From positions 243,616 through 307,615 of the forward strand of contig JAOQAE010000004.1 of assembly GCA_025963725.1 (NCBI GenBank): a stretch of 64,000 nucleotides of DNA. Reading direction: 5' to 3'. Every line of letters starts with the position of its first letter. Within the stretch, counting starts at the first letter, position 1. A program made the translations under genes and the position numbers. The notes under the pieces are model-generated. The model worked only from the letters and a program-made list of their open reading frames with translations. It was not told the origin of the DNA and searched no databases. The DNA comes from Bacteroidota bacterium (GTDB lineage: Bacteria; Bacteroidota; Bacteroidia; 2-12-FULL-35-15). Of the stretch, positions 1-10,559 are shown piece by piece.

Positions 1-313
1 GCATCGGAGATATCGTCGATGGCCGATTTGTAGCTCTGCATGCTCATTTTGCACATTGCCCTTGCCATGTATGCGTTGGCGATGCGGTAATCGTTTTTAG
101 CGGTCTTCCGGTTCTTGAGTGCGCTGCTGAAGTCATCCGCGGCAGCGCTGTAATTCCCTTTCGAATATTTTTCCTGTCCCTGGTTGAAATAATAATTGAA
201 ATCATTTTGCGCCGCAACAAATGTGCTGATGCTGAAAAATAAGATGAATGCGCTTAATATCCTGGCAGCTTTCCGTCCCGGAGTGCTGGCTGTTCCTGTA
301 ATTTCCTGGTTCA
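1..313 (-). CDS. TPR-like repeat protein, N-terminal part only (gene continues beyond window start)
   Basis: Open frame running to the window edge on the minus strand; ATG is the complement of 311-313. Translation starts MNQEITGTASTPGRKAARILSAFILFFSISTFVAAQ (signal-like), followed by TPR-like A/Y/G-spaced helices. Confidence 0.45.
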
Positions 314-397
314 TAGTAAAGTAGTTTATACAAAGAAACTAAATATTTTCCGGTGTATTGCGGCAGGGCTTTAAATTTTTATGATTCAGCGCAGTCA

Positions 398-775
398 CCA
401 CCCCTAACCCCTCCTGGGAGGAGGGGAACGCATAGTGCAAGCGAGAGCATATTGGTAAAGAATAATGACATAGTACAGCAGTATCTGCTCCCTCCTTTAA
501 GGAGGGCTGGGGTGGTACAGAAGCGGCCACCCCTTTCCTCTCCTGTGGAGGGGAAAGCATCGTGCAAGCGAGAACATATTGGTAAAGCATAATGGTATAG
601 TATAGCAGGATCAGCTCCCTCCTTAAGGAGGGCCGGGGTGGTATAGCGACGATCACCCCTTGCCCCTCCTGGGAAGAGGGGAATGCATTGTGCAACAGAA
701 AGGCATATCGAAAAAAATAATGATAGTGTATCGCAGTATCAGCTCCCTCCTCTTAGGAGGGCCGGGGTGGTACTT
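398..775. repeat. Three tandem copies (periods 129/126/~123 bp, roughly 80% identical) of a structured unit. Each unit carries three GC-rich perfect hairpins: CCCCTCC-N5-GGAGGGG; CCCTCC-TTTAA-GGAGGG; GGGGTGG-N11-CCACCCC.
   Basis: Direct reading: the 8-mer ccacccct recurs at 398, 527 and 653, and the internal blocks (agtgcaagcgaga..attggtaaag..cagctccctcc..aggagggc.ggggtggta) align across the three units. The array sits in the divergent intergenic region between the TPR gene and the alpha-2-macroglobulin gene. Confidence 0.8.
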
Positions 776-903
776 ATCCGGAATTACCAAACACAAATAA
801 TCGGGTTTTGACCACACTTAATAAAGGAAGTGCCGCATCCTATAAAAGCATCCCTTAAATGGCTTTTAATGCAGGCATCTTTGTGCTGTAAACTAAAAAT
901 CAC

Positions 904-3900
904 ATGAAAAGCCACATCACCCGCCGCCCCTTTCTTTCCATTCTTTTTATCGCAGGCCTCCTGTTCGCAAGCGCCTGCTTCAATGCAAAGCCCCGGATCA
1001 ACAAGCCCGATCCGGCCTATGCAAAATACATCTCCGGCTACACATCCGGGATGGTGTCCAGAAAGTCATCTATACGCATCGAGCTTGCGAACAGCGTTAG
1101 CCAGGCGACAGTGGCGCTGCCTCCCTCCGGATCGGCGGCCATCGATTCCACTACTGCATACCGGGCTTCCCAGTTGCCCGATTCCGCCCTGCTGGAAGAT
1201 GCCTTTTCCTTCGAGCCCCAGATCAAAGGGCGTGCAGTATGGCTGAGCGACCGCGTGATCGAGTTCATACCGGCGGAGCCATTAACGCCGGGGCAATTCT
1301 ACAATGCGGAATTCAGCCTGAAGAATGTTACACAGGTAGACGAGGGACATGAAACATTCAATTTCCAGCTCTCCGCTTATCCGCAGAATTTATTTGTGGC
1401 GCTCGACGGGCTGCGCAGCTATGACGATTATAACATTGAATGGCAGAAGCTCACCGGGAAGATCACCACTTCCGATTTTGAAGATACCACATCCATCCGC
1501 AAGGTGATCACCGTTACGCAAAACGGGAAGACGATGCCGGTAAGGCTCAGCAACAGCTATAACGGCAATGAGTTCTATTTTTATGTGGACAGCATCAAGC
1601 GCGGGGAAAAAGCAGGGAAGGTGATCGTAAGCTGGAACGGCGAGCCGATCAAAAGCACGAGCAATGGCAGCCAGGCTGTGGATGTGCCTGCCATGGGTGA
1701 TTTTTCCGTAACGGAGGCGCATGTGGTGGATGATGGCGATCAGTATGTGGACCTCACGTTCAGCGACCCGATCCAGTTCAACCAGAATTTAAAAGGGATC
1801 ATCACGATAGCAGGAATGAATGAGCTCACCTATGGAATAGAAGGAAACCACGTAAAAGTGTTCCTTGCAAACCGCCTCGAAGGCGATAAGCTGCTCACTG
1901 TGACCACCGGCGTTAAAAATTTCAAAGGCTACAAGATGAATGTCGCCTATACGGATAACCTTGTATTTGCAGAGCCGAATCCTTTGGTGCGCTTGAGCGG
2001 CAGCGGTTGCATTCTGCCCAACTCCAACGGGCTGATCTTTCCCTTCGAAGCCATCAGCTTAAAAGCGGTGGATGTGCGGATCACCAAAATATTCGAGAAC
2101 AATGTGCACCAGTTCCTGCAGGTGAACAGCCTCGACGGGGGCGATGGCTTAACGCGTGTAGGTAAGGTGATCGCAGAGAAAAAGATCGCGCTCGACTATG
2201 ATAAGAAGAAAAATTTAAAGCAATGGAATACGTTCGTGATCGATCTTGGAAAGCTCATAACGCCTGATCCCGGCGCTATTTACAGGGTGAGCATTAAGTT
2301 CTCGAAACCATATACGCTTTGCGATTGCGCTCCAACGGAAGAAACTGCCGCAGAAACAGGAGAAAAACCAGAGGAGGACGACTGGAACGAAAACGACTGG
2401 GACCGCTACAGCTACGATGATTATTATGACCACTGGGATTATTACAACGACAGGTACACACCCTGTGATGATGACTATTATTACGGCAAAGGCGTGAGCA
2501 GGAATATCCTCGCTTCCGACCTGGGGCTGATCTATAAGCTCGATGATAATAAGATGTCGCACGCCTTCGTGAGCAACCTTGTTACTGCGAAGCCCGTTGC
2601 CGGCGCATCGGTTGAATATTACGATTACGTGAAGCAGGTGATCGCTACCGGCATGACCGATGCCAACGGGATGCTGGATGTTCAGCTGAAGCGGAAGCCT
2701 TTCCTGATGCTTGCGAAATACGGCAAACAGCGCGGCTATTTGAAGCTGCTGGATGGCAATGCCAATTCCATGAGCAAGTTCGATATTGAAGGAGAAGTTG
2801 TTCAGAAAGGCGTGAAAGGATTTATTTACGGTGAGCGCGGAGTATGGCGCCCGGGAGATTCGCTGTACATCAATTTTATAATGGAAGACAAGGAAAAGCG
2901 CCTGCCGCCGAACCATCCTGTAAAGTTCGAGTTGCAGGACCCTAACGGACAGGTGATCTACCAGGTAACGAAAACAAAGAACGTGAATGGCAATTATGAT
3001 TTCCGCACGGCAACAAGCCCCGAAGCGCCTACCGGGAATTATACCGCAGTGGCAAAGGTTGGTAACCGCACGTTCACACAGTATTTCAAGATAGAAACAG
3101 TGAAGCCGAACCGCCTGAAGATCTATCTTGATTTTGATACCGACAAGATCAACGACAGCACCGCGAAGTTTTCTGTTAAATGGCTGCATGGCGCTATCGC
3201 AAAGAACCTGCACGCCATTGTGAATGTAAGCGTAAACCAGTCGAAAACTTCCTTCCCGAAATATGGCGACTATGAATTCGATTCGCCGATCAGGAGCTAC
3301 AGTTCTAATACCGAAACAGTGTTCGATGGCAACCTCGATGAAAAAGGAGAAACTGTGCTGAAAACATCGCTGAACGTTGGCCGCACGGCGCCGGGAATGC
3401 TGCGCAGCACTTATATTTCAAAGGTGTTCGAGGAAGGCGGCGATTTCAGCATCGACAGGTACAGCGTTCCGTATTCACCGTATAAAACATACGTGGGGCT
3501 GCATACACCATCAGCAAAGAATTATGATAATACGCTGGAAACCGGCAACACATACAGGTTTGATGTGGTAGCGGTAAATGCCAAAGGCGAATTGGTGACC
3601 GCGAACAAGCTGCAGGTGAAGATCTACAAGATCCAGTGGCGCTGGTGGTACGAGAAGGACCAGGATAATATTGCCGATTACATTTCAAGAACGGGAACCA
3701 TCGTGATGAAGGATACCATGATCAAAGCGACGGATGGAAGAGGCGCCTTTAAATTCAGGATCAGCTATCCCGAATACGGCCGCTACCTTGTTACAGTTAC
3801 CGATCCGGTTGGCGGGCACCAAACGGGCAAGGTGATCTACATCGACTGGCCATACTGGAGCAGGGGAAACAGGAGCTCGAATGAAAATGCGAACATGCTC

Positions 3901-6537
3901 AATTTTGCCTGCAACAAGGAGAAATATACAACCGGCGAGAGCATCAAGCTTTCCTTTCCTTCACCCTCCGATGGAATGGCGCTCGTAAGCGTTGAAACAG
4001 GAACGAAGGTGGTGAAGAAGTTCTGGATCCAGACAAAGAAGGGCGAGACCACTTATGAATTTCCCGCAACTGCAGAGATGACGCCGAACGCGTATGTGCA
4101 TGTAACGCTGATCCAGCCGCATGCAAGCACGAAGAACGACTTGCCGATCCGCATGTATGGCGTTGTTCCGATCCTCGTGGATGAGCCGGCGACGCACCTG
4201 TATCCTGAAATAAAAATGGCGGATGTGCTGAAGCCGGAATCCATCGCAGCGATAAAGGTGAAGGAAAAGAACGGCAGGAAAATGACGTATACCCTTGCTA
4301 TCGTAGATGAAGGATTACTGGACCTTACACGCTTTAAAACGCCGCAGCCATGGAATACATTTTATGCAAGGGAAGCGCTTGGCGTGAAAACATGGGATAT
4401 GTACGATGATGTGATCGGCGCCTATGCAGGAAAGCTGAACAAGCTGCTGAGCATCGGCGGAGATGGCGACGGCAATGGTGGAAAAGGGCTGAAGGCAAAC
4501 CGCTTTAAGCCGATGGTGAAATATATCGGTCCGTTCACGCTGGAGGCCGGGCAGGAAAAAGCGCACTCCATCCAGATCCCGAATTATGTGGGTTCGGTGA
4601 GGGTAATGGTGATTGCTGAAAACAATGGGGCTTACGGCAATGCAGAAAAAACGGTGGCGGTGAGAAAGCCACTGATGATCCTTGCCACGCTGCCCCGTGT
4701 GCTTGGCCCCGGTGAAAGCGTTGCATTGCCAGTGGATGTATTTGCAATGGAAAAGCAGGTGAAGGATGTGAAGATCGATATCGAGGTGAATGATTTCCTG
4801 GTGATAGATGGAAGCAAGCAGCAAACGATGCATTTCACCCAGACAGGTGATGAGGTGATCAACTTTAAATTGAATGTCGCCCAGAAAGTGGGAATTGCAA
4901 AAGTGAAGATCACCGCGGTGAGCGGGAAGGAAAAAGCCGTGCAGGAGATAGAGCTGGATGTGCGCACACCAAACCCGGAAGTGGTGGAAGGTGTGGAGAT
5001 AGCGCTGGAGCCGGGCAAGTCCTGGGAAACGGATCTGACCTTCAAAGGCATTACAGGAACGAACAAGGCAACTGTAGAGCTTTCTACCATTCCTTCCCTC
5101 GGGCTTGAAAAAAGGCTGGACTATTTAATTCAATATCCGCATGGCTGTATCGAGCAAACAACATCGTCGGTATTTCCACAGCTGTATGTATCCAATCTTG
5201 TTGAAATGAAGGATGCGCAGAAGAATAAAATTTCGCAGAACGTGAAAGCAGGATTAAAGCGCTTGCAGCTGTTCCAGACCTCCAATGGCGGATTCTCATA
5301 CTGGCCGGGAGAAAGCAGCGACAGCGAATGGGGAAGCAATTATGCGGGTCACTTCTTCATTGAAGCGGAGAAACAGGGATACAGCCTGCCGGGCAATTTA
5401 AAGGCAAGGTGGCTGAAGTATCAGCAGCAGCAGGCAAGGAACTGGTCGTCAACGAGCGGCGTGTATACTCATCCGCACGGCTATGAAAGCAACCAGGTGA
5501 TCCAGGCGTACCGCTTATTTGTGCTGGCGCTGAGCGGCAATGCAGAGCTCGGTGCAATGAACAGGCTGAGGGAAGAGAACAATCTTTCGTCAGAGGCAAA
5601 ATGGAGGTTGGCTGCAGCATACAGGCTTGTGGGACAGAATGAGGTGGCAGCCAGTCTTATCAAAGGCTTGTCCGTAAGCGTTGCACCTTACAAAGAATTA
5701 TCCTACAGCTATGGCTCCGATACGCGCGATGAAGCAATGATCCTTGAAACGCTCAGCATGCTGGGTGAACGCGCAAAAGCATTGCCGCTGGCGCAAAAAG
5801 TGGCGAAGTCGCTTGCTTCGGAATCGTGGATGAGCACGCAGGAAACGGCATACAGCCTCCTCGCATTGTGCGGCTACATCGGTGCAAAGGGAAACAATGC
5901 CGAGCTGAGCTGCTTCTATGCACTGAATGAGGGCGCCGCTAAAATGCTGAGCAGCAAAAAAACAATGGCGCAGGTGAAATACACCGAAAGCGATTTTGAA
6001 AAAAATGCGAAGGTGTCGCTGAAGAATACCGGCAAGTCCACGCTGTTTGTAAAAGTGCTTGTACGGGGCATTCCGCTGATCGGTGATAAAACGGCAGCAT
6101 CCAACAACCTGGTGATGGAAGTTAAATACAAGGACATGAATGGGAAGGAGATCCAGCCCGACAAGCTGGTGCAGGGCACCGATTTTGTTGCGGAAATTAA
6201 GATCATGAATCCCGGCACAAAAGGCTTTTTAAAAGAGATGGCGCTGAACCAGATCTTCCCGGGCGGATGGGAGATCCACAATACGCGCATGGATGAGAGC
6301 GGCGCTGCGAATGCGGCACGCTACCAGGATATCCGCGATGACAGGGTGTACAGCTATTACGATCTTACGGCGAACAGCAGCAAGACCTTTGTGATCCAGC
6401 TGAATGCAACTTACCTGGGAAGGTTCTACCTGCCTACGGTTTACACCGAAGCAATGTACGATCAAACGATCAATGCGCGTGTACCGGGGCGCTGGGTGGA
6501 AGTTGTGAAGGAGATGCCGGCGGTAGCCGTCAAGTAA
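904..6537 (+). CDS. Bacterial alpha-2-macroglobulin family lipoprotein (thioester-containing, YfhM/ECAM-like), 1877 aa
   Basis: Lipoprotein signal with lipobox (LLFASAC). Thioester motif YPHGCIEQTT (a CxEQ variant of GCGEQ) sits at the expected C-proximal position. Size and architecture are typical of bacterial A2M, and a PBP1C gene lies nearby. Confidence 0.85.
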   Translation: MKSHITRRPFLSILFIAGLLFASACFNAKPRINKPDPAYAKYISGYTSGMVSRKSSIRIELANSVSQATVALPPSGSAAIDSTTAYRASQLPDSALLEDAFSFEPQIKGRAVWLSDRVIEFIPAEPLTPGQFYNAEFSLKNVTQVDEGHETFNFQLSAYPQNLFVALDGLRSYDDYNIEWQKLTGKITTSDFEDTTSIRKVITVTQNGKTMPVRLSNSYNGNEFYFYVDSIKRGEKAGKVIVSWNGEPIKSTSNGSQAVDVPAMGDFSVTEAHVVDDGDQYVDLTFSDPIQFNQNLKGIITIAGMNELTYGIEGNHVKVFLANRLEGDKLLTVTTGVKNFKGYKMNVAYTDNLVFAEPNPLVRLSGSGCILPNSNGLIFPFEAISLKAVDVRITKIFENNVHQFLQVNSLDGGDGLTRVGKVIAEKKIALDYDKKKNLKQWNTFVIDLGKLITPDPGAIYRVSIKFSKPYTLCDCAPTEETAAETGEKPEEDDWNENDWDRYSYDDYYDHWDYYNDRYTPCDDDYYYGKGVSRNILASDLGLIYKLDDNKMSHAFVSNLVTAKPVAGASVEYYDYVKQVIATGMTDANGMLDVQLKRKPFLMLAKYGKQRGYLKLLDGNANSMSKFDIEGEVVQKGVKGFIYGERGVWRPGDSLYINFIMEDKEKRLPPNHPVKFELQDPNGQVIYQVTKTKNVNGNYDFRTATSPEAPTGNYTAVAKVGNRTFTQYFKIETVKPNRLKIYLDFDTDKINDSTAKFSVKWLHGAIAKNLHAIVNVSVNQSKTSFPKYGDYEFDSPIRSYSSNTETVFDGNLDEKGETVLKTSLNVGRTAPGMLRSTYISKVFEEGGDFSIDRYSVPYSPYKTYVGLHTPSAKNYDNTLETGNTYRFDVVAVNAKGELVTANKLQVKIYKIQWRWWYEKDQDNIADYISRTGTIVMKDTMIKATDGRGAFKFRISYPEYGRYLVTVTDPVGGHQTGKVIYIDWPYWSRGNRSSNENANMLNFACNKEKYTTGESIKLSFPSPSDGMALVSVETGTKVVKKFWIQTKKGETTYEFPATAEMTPNAYVHVTLIQPHASTKNDLPIRMYGVVPILVDEPATHLYPEIKMADVLKPESIAAIKVKEKNGRKMTYTLAIVDEGLLDLTRFKTPQPWNTFYAREALGVKTWDMYDDVIGAYAGKLNKLLSIGGDGDGNGGKGLKANRFKPMVKYIGPFTLEAGQEKAHSIQIPNYVGSVRVMVIAENNGAYGNAEKTVAVRKPLMILATLPRVLGPGESVALPVDVFAMEKQVKDVKIDIEVNDFLVIDGSKQQTMHFTQTGDEVINFKLNVAQKVGIAKVKITAVSGKEKAVQEIELDVRTPNPEVVEGVEIALEPGKSWETDLTFKGITGTNKATVELSTIPSLGLEKRLDYLIQYPHGCIEQTTSSVFPQLYVSNLVEMKDAQKNKISQNVKAGLKRLQLFQTSNGGFSYWPGESSDSEWGSNYAGHFFIEAEKQGYSLPGNLKARWLKYQQQQARNWSSTSGVYTHPHGYESNQVIQAYRLFVLALSGNAELGAMNRLREENNLSSEAKWRLAAAYRLVGQNEVAASLIKGLSVSVAPYKELSYSYGSDTRDEAMILETLSMLGERAKALPLAQKVAKSLASESWMSTQETAYSLLALCGYIGAKGNNAELSCFYALNEGAAKMLSSKKTMAQVKYTESDFEKNAKVSLKNTGKSTLFVKVLVRGIPLIGDKTAASNNLVMEVKYKDMNGKEIQPDKLVQGTDFVAEIKIMNPGTKGFLKEMALNQIFPGGWEIHNTRMDESGAANAARYQDIRDDRVYSYYDLTANSSKTFVIQLNATYLGRFYLPTVYTEAMYDQTINARVPGRWVEVVKEMPAVAVK

Positions 6538-6576
6538 AGAAGAATGGATTTTGAAATAAAATTGTTTGTGATTTTT

Positions 6577-6607
6577 CCGGGCGCGCAGAGGCGCCCGGTT
6601 TTTTTTT
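6577..6607 (+). terminator. Rho-independent terminator (CCGGGCGC-GCAGAG-GCGCCCGG + T9) after the alpha-2-macroglobulin gene
   Basis: Perfect 8-bp GC stem followed by a run of 9 T, located 40 bp after the stop codon. Confidence 0.85.
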
Positions 6608-6657
6608 GGTCATTGCGAGGAGGTACGACGAAGCAATCTCAAAACCAGAACAAAACC

Positions 6658-7401
6658 TCACAGCTCCTCCAGCATCTTAATAACCTCCGGCCGTTTCCTC
6701 GTAGAAACAGGAACATTGCAGCCATCGGTCATCAGCAGGTAGCCACCGTCGGTTTTGATGAACTCCTTAATATATTTCGTATTGACGAGGTGCGACTGAT
6801 GAACGCGGTAAAATCCCTGGTCGGCAAGAAGGTCTTCAAAGTCTTTCAGCGTTTTTGTCACCAGCAGCTTTTTGCCGTTTGAAAAATGGAACTCCGTATA
6901 GTTGATGCTGCTCTCGCAGCGGATGATGTCATTGATGTTCACGATGTGGATCTTATCCTGCGTATGTAATGCCAGCCGCTCATGCGGGCGCTGGTTGTTT
7001 TTCAGTGAATCATTCAGCAGCCTGTATTTGTCGTTCTCGTTGAATTTTTCTTCGCGGAACCTTGCAAGTGCTGTGATCAGCTCATCCGGGTCAACCGGCT
7101 TCAGCAGGTAATCGATGGCGGCATAGCGGAATGCCTTGATCGCATGAGCATCCGAAGCTGTAATGAAAATTATTTTGAAAGGAATGTCCTTCAGGATGTC
7201 GAGCAGGTCGAAGCCGCTTCCATCCTGCATCTGGATGTCGAGGAAAAGTACATCGGGCTGCATGTTGCGCAGGAGCTTTGCGCCTTCCACCACGCCGTTC
7301 GCTTCTCCTATCACGGTCACATCCTTTGCATACACCTGCAGGTCTTTTTTCAGCGTGATGCGCGCCTGCTCGATGTCGTCTATAATGATTGCTTTTATCA
7401 T
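6658..7401 (-). CDS. LytTR-family two-component response regulator (REC + LytTR DNA-binding domain)
   Basis: N-terminal receiver (IIDDIEQARITL...VLFLDIQMQDGSGFDLL) and C-terminal LytTR-type domain (IHIVNINDIIRCESSINYTEFHF). It is 23 bp downstream of the kinase gene. Confidence 0.85.
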   Translation of the reverse strand: MIKAIIIDDIEQARITLKKDLQVYAKDVTVIGEANGVVEGAKLLRNMQPDVLFLDIQMQDGSGFDLLDILKDIPFKIIFITASDAHAIKAFRYAAIDYLLKPVDPDELITALARFREEKFNENDKYRLLNDSLKNNQRPHERLALHTQDKIHIVNINDIIRCESSINYTEFHFSNGKKLLVTKTLKDFEDLLADQGFYRVHQSHLVNTKYIKEFIKTDGGYLLMTDGCNVPVSTRKRPEVIKMLEEL

Positions 7402-7424
7402 GGTATTGCTAATATACTGTTTTG

Positions 7425-10400
7425 CTACGAAAGCGGGATCCTCAGGATCACCTTCGTTCCGCTTGCATTGCCGGTTGTATCATACAGGTCGATGATCTCC
7501 AGAGACTGTACATCTTCAGCTTCCTGCAGCAGGCCGAGGCGCTCCTGCGTCACCAGCAGCGCCGTTGATTTATGATAGGTTTCCTTGCTGATCCTGTTCA
7601 GCTCTTCCGACTTTTCACGGCCGATGCCATTGTCCTGCACAGAGCATTCGAGCAGGCCGTTCTTCTCCCTGAATTCCACCTCTATCATCCCGCGCTTTCC
7701 TTCAATGTATTTCAGTCCGTGCTTGATCGCATTCTCCACAAAGGGCTGCAGCAGCATCGGTGGGATCTTGATATAGTCTTTTTCTATCGCAGGGTCAACG
7801 CTGATCTTATAATCGAAGCGGTCGCCGTTACAGAACTTTTCAATGAGGAGATAATTTTCGAGCGTGTTCACTTCCTCTTCCAGCGTGATCACGGTGTTTC
7901 TTGAGTTGTCGAGGATCTGCCGCATCAGGCGGGAGAATTTCGCAAGGTAATAGCGCGCTGCCTGCTCGTTGTCGGTGCCTATCTGCGACTGGATGGAGTT
8001 CAGCGCATTGAAAATAAAATGTGGGTTCATCTGCAGGCGCAGCGCTTTTTGCTCGAGCTCCACCACATCCTTCTCCAGCTGTAATTTTCGCTGCCGCTCT
8101 TCCGCCTTTGCCCGGATGCGGTTCTCACGCCATTTAAAAATAAAGAACACAATGCTGATGATAATGATCACTGCAAGCGCAATGAACCACCAGCGCAGCC
8201 ATACAGGAGGGGAAATGTGAAAGTGAAGCATCACAGGCTCTTTGTTCCACACGCCATCCTCATTGCAGGCTTTCACCATAAATGTGTAATCGCCGGCATT
8301 CAGATTGGAGTAGAGGATGCTGTGATTCTTCGAAACAGGCGACCAGTCCTTGTCGAAGCCTTCCAGCTTCCATTGATACTTAACGGCATCGGGATTGCTG
8401 AAATTGATGGCGAAGAAATCGAATGTAAGGTGGTTCTGGTCATAGGGCAGGTTCATCGAAGTGATCGTATTCCAGTCGCCTGCAAAGTTTTTATACGGTG
8501 TGTTGGAGATGCTTTCATAAAATAACTTAATGTCTGTAATGCTGGTCACCGGCTCATTCTCATTCTTCACGAGGTTGGCGGGATTGTATTTCGAGAGGCC
8601 GTTGATGGTGCCGAACCAGATGGTGCCGTCTGCATCCCGGAACACGGAGTTCTGGCAGGTTTCAATGCCGGTGAATCCTTCGCCCTTGCTGTAATGCTTA
8701 ATTTCAGATGGCTTGCGTGCTTTGTCGAGGTAGATGTAATCCAGGCCTGTTTCGGTTCCCACAAATAAATTGTTGTTCCTGTCGGCAGTGATGAGGTAGA
8801 TGTTGGAAGAGGTGAGGCGGAGATGTGCCGTGTGATCATAAGCCTGCACCTTCATGTCTCCCTGGTACAGGGGCACAGATGCAATTCCTTCGCCGGTGCC
8901 GATCCAGAGGTAACCGCTTTCATCCTCGGCAAGGCAGCGGATCGTATTCGATTGCAGCCCGTCTTTTTTACTGATGGATCCTTTCTGTGCCACATCGTTC
9001 ATCAAATACCCGATGCCATTGCTTTCCGTTCCGTACCAGAGCTTTCCTTCCTTGTCGTAATGCAGGCAGGTAACGCGGTCGTGAAGAAGTCCGTCGCTGG
9101 CCCGGAAATTTTCCAGCTTCGGCTTTGGCTCTCCCGGACTGAGCTTGTAAATGCCTGTTCCGGCAGTAGCAATGTACAGGCTGCCTGATTTATCCTTTAC
9201 AATGCTTCGCACGTATTTTCTTGTCAACCCTTCGCAAGGCTTGAAGTCTGTGCCGTTGTAGATGTACACGCCGTCGCCCTCCGTGCCGAGGTATATGTTC
9301 CCTGCTGCATCCTCATTGATCGCTTTTACTTTCACATCCGCAAAGCCATTGCCTGCGTTGAAGCTGGAGAACCTTGCGCTGTCGAAGATGCTTACGCCTT
9401 TGTCGGAAGTACCGATCCACAGTCGGTTCCGGCTGTCGCGGAAAATGCTGTAAATAAAATTGCCGCCGAGCCCGGCCGATTTATCGTAATTGGTGAACTG
9501 CTTCCCGAAATAATTGCAGACCCCGCCGCCGGAAGTGCCGAACCAGTAATTCCCGCTTTTATCCTCGAGGATGCTCAGCACATGGTTGTTGCTGAGGCCT
9601 TCGTTCTCGGTGAGCCAGCTGAATGTTTTAGCGATGGTATTGTACTGTGCAACGCCATTGTTCAGCGTGGCGAGCCATACATTATCGCGGTGGTCGAAGT
9701 AAATATCGATAACTGTTTTTTTGTAAAGCTCGAGATGGAAATCGATGCGTGAAAATGTCTTTCCGTCGTACACATAAACGCCGTCGCCGTAAGTCCCGAT
9801 CCAGATATTCCCTTTCGCATCCTGCTTCAGGCTGGTGATCGAATTGTTCATGAAGCCCTGCTCTTTGCCGTAGCGCATGCAGGAAAATGAATTTCCCGTT
9901 TCTGTGATCTTAAACAAACCATCCCCGCCGCCGTACCAAACACCACCGTCCTTGTCAACCATGATCGCATTCACCACCGCGCGTTTCTGTTTCAGAAGGT
10001 CGTGTACATTCGTGAACGTGTTGCGGTCGTCGAGAAACCACACGCCGGAATAAGTGGCCAGCCATTTCCTGTTCCTGCTGCCGAAATCGAGGTCGAGCAC
10101 CTGCAGCTGGCTTGAATCTTTTGGATAATAATTAGTGAAAGCAATGCCGTTGTACATGGACAGCCCGCCGTTGGTGCCGAGCCAGAGGTTGTGCTTCTGG
10201 TCTTCGCGGACGCAGAAAACATTGTTGTTAAAAAGCCCGTCGTTCACCGTATAGGTTTTAAAGCTCATGCCATCGAAGCGGCAGAGGCCGCCGCCGTGCG
10301 TACCCATCCAGAGATAGCCGCGGCTGTCCTGCAGGAGGCTGTAGATCTGCGATTGCGCAACACCGTCCTTCACCGAATAATTGTGAAAGTTATACTGCTG

Positions 10401-10469
10401 CGAGAAAGCCGGCAAAAGGCAGAACAGGAAACAGAGGATGGAGAGCGTTTTTTTCAGGGGCGGTTTCAC
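7425..10469 (-). CDS. Sensor histidine kinase, LytS/YehU type (His_kinase PF06580-like) with N-terminal two-component-regulator beta-propeller repeats and a Y_Y_Y region; GTG start
   Basis: Signal peptide, many propeller-like repeats (WIGT..GL..YD), one TM segment (WWFIALAVIIIISIVFFIF), then LQMNPHFIFNALNSIQ and a HATPase region. Complement of 10467-10469 is GTG. Confidence 0.8.
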   Translation of the reverse strand: MKPPLKKTLSILCFLFCLLPAFSQQYNFHNYSVKDGVAQSQIYSLLQDSRGYLWMGTHGGGLCRFDGMSFKTYTVNDGLFNNNVFCVREDQKHNLWLGTNGGLSMYNGIAFTNYYPKDSSQLQVLDLDFGSRNRKWLATYSGVWFLDDRNTFTNVHDLLKQKRAVVNAIMVDKDGGVWYGGGDGLFKITETGNSFSCMRYGKEQGFMNNSITSLKQDAKGNIWIGTYGDGVYVYDGKTFSRIDFHLELYKKTVIDIYFDHRDNVWLATLNNGVAQYNTIAKTFSWLTENEGLSNNHVLSILEDKSGNYWFGTSGGGVCNYFGKQFTNYDKSAGLGGNFIYSIFRDSRNRLWIGTSDKGVSIFDSARFSSFNAGNGFADVKVKAINEDAAGNIYLGTEGDGVYIYNGTDFKPCEGLTRKYVRSIVKDKSGSLYIATAGTGIYKLSPGEPKPKLENFRASDGLLHDRVTCLHYDKEGKLWYGTESNGIGYLMNDVAQKGSISKKDGLQSNTIRCLAEDESGYLWIGTGEGIASVPLYQGDMKVQAYDHTAHLRLTSSNIYLITADRNNNLFVGTETGLDYIYLDKARKPSEIKHYSKGEGFTGIETCQNSVFRDADGTIWFGTINGLSKYNPANLVKNENEPVTSITDIKLFYESISNTPYKNFAGDWNTITSMNLPYDQNHLTFDFFAINFSNPDAVKYQWKLEGFDKDWSPVSKNHSILYSNLNAGDYTFMVKACNEDGVWNKEPVMLHFHISPPVWLRWWFIALAVIIIISIVFFIFKWRENRIRAKAEERQRKLQLEKDVVELEQKALRLQMNPHFIFNALNSIQSQIGTDNEQAARYYLAKFSRLMRQILDNSRNTVITLEEEVNTLENYLLIEKFCNGDRFDYKISVDPAIEKDYIKIPPMLLQPFVENAIKHGLKYIEGKRGMIEVEFREKNGLLECSVQDNGIGREKSEELNRISKETYHKSTALLVTQERLGLLQEAEDVQSLEIIDLYDTTGNASGTKVILRIPLS

Positions 10470-10559
10470 TTAATCAAAGATAAAAAACACTTCCGATTAA
10501 AAGGGCCGCGAATAATAAAAGCTCAAAAATACCCGGTGCCGCTGCCTTAATTTTGAGGC

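Noticed and set aside
339-695. Three overlapping track ORFs (118, 79, 62 aa) across the tandem-repeat array; possibility that the array is a CRISPR
   Set aside because: The ORFs are frame artefacts of the 127-bp repeat, giving repetitive low-complexity peptides. The array is not CRISPR-like: the unit is ~127 bp and whole units are ~80% similar to each other, with no short conserved repeat alternating with unique spacers.
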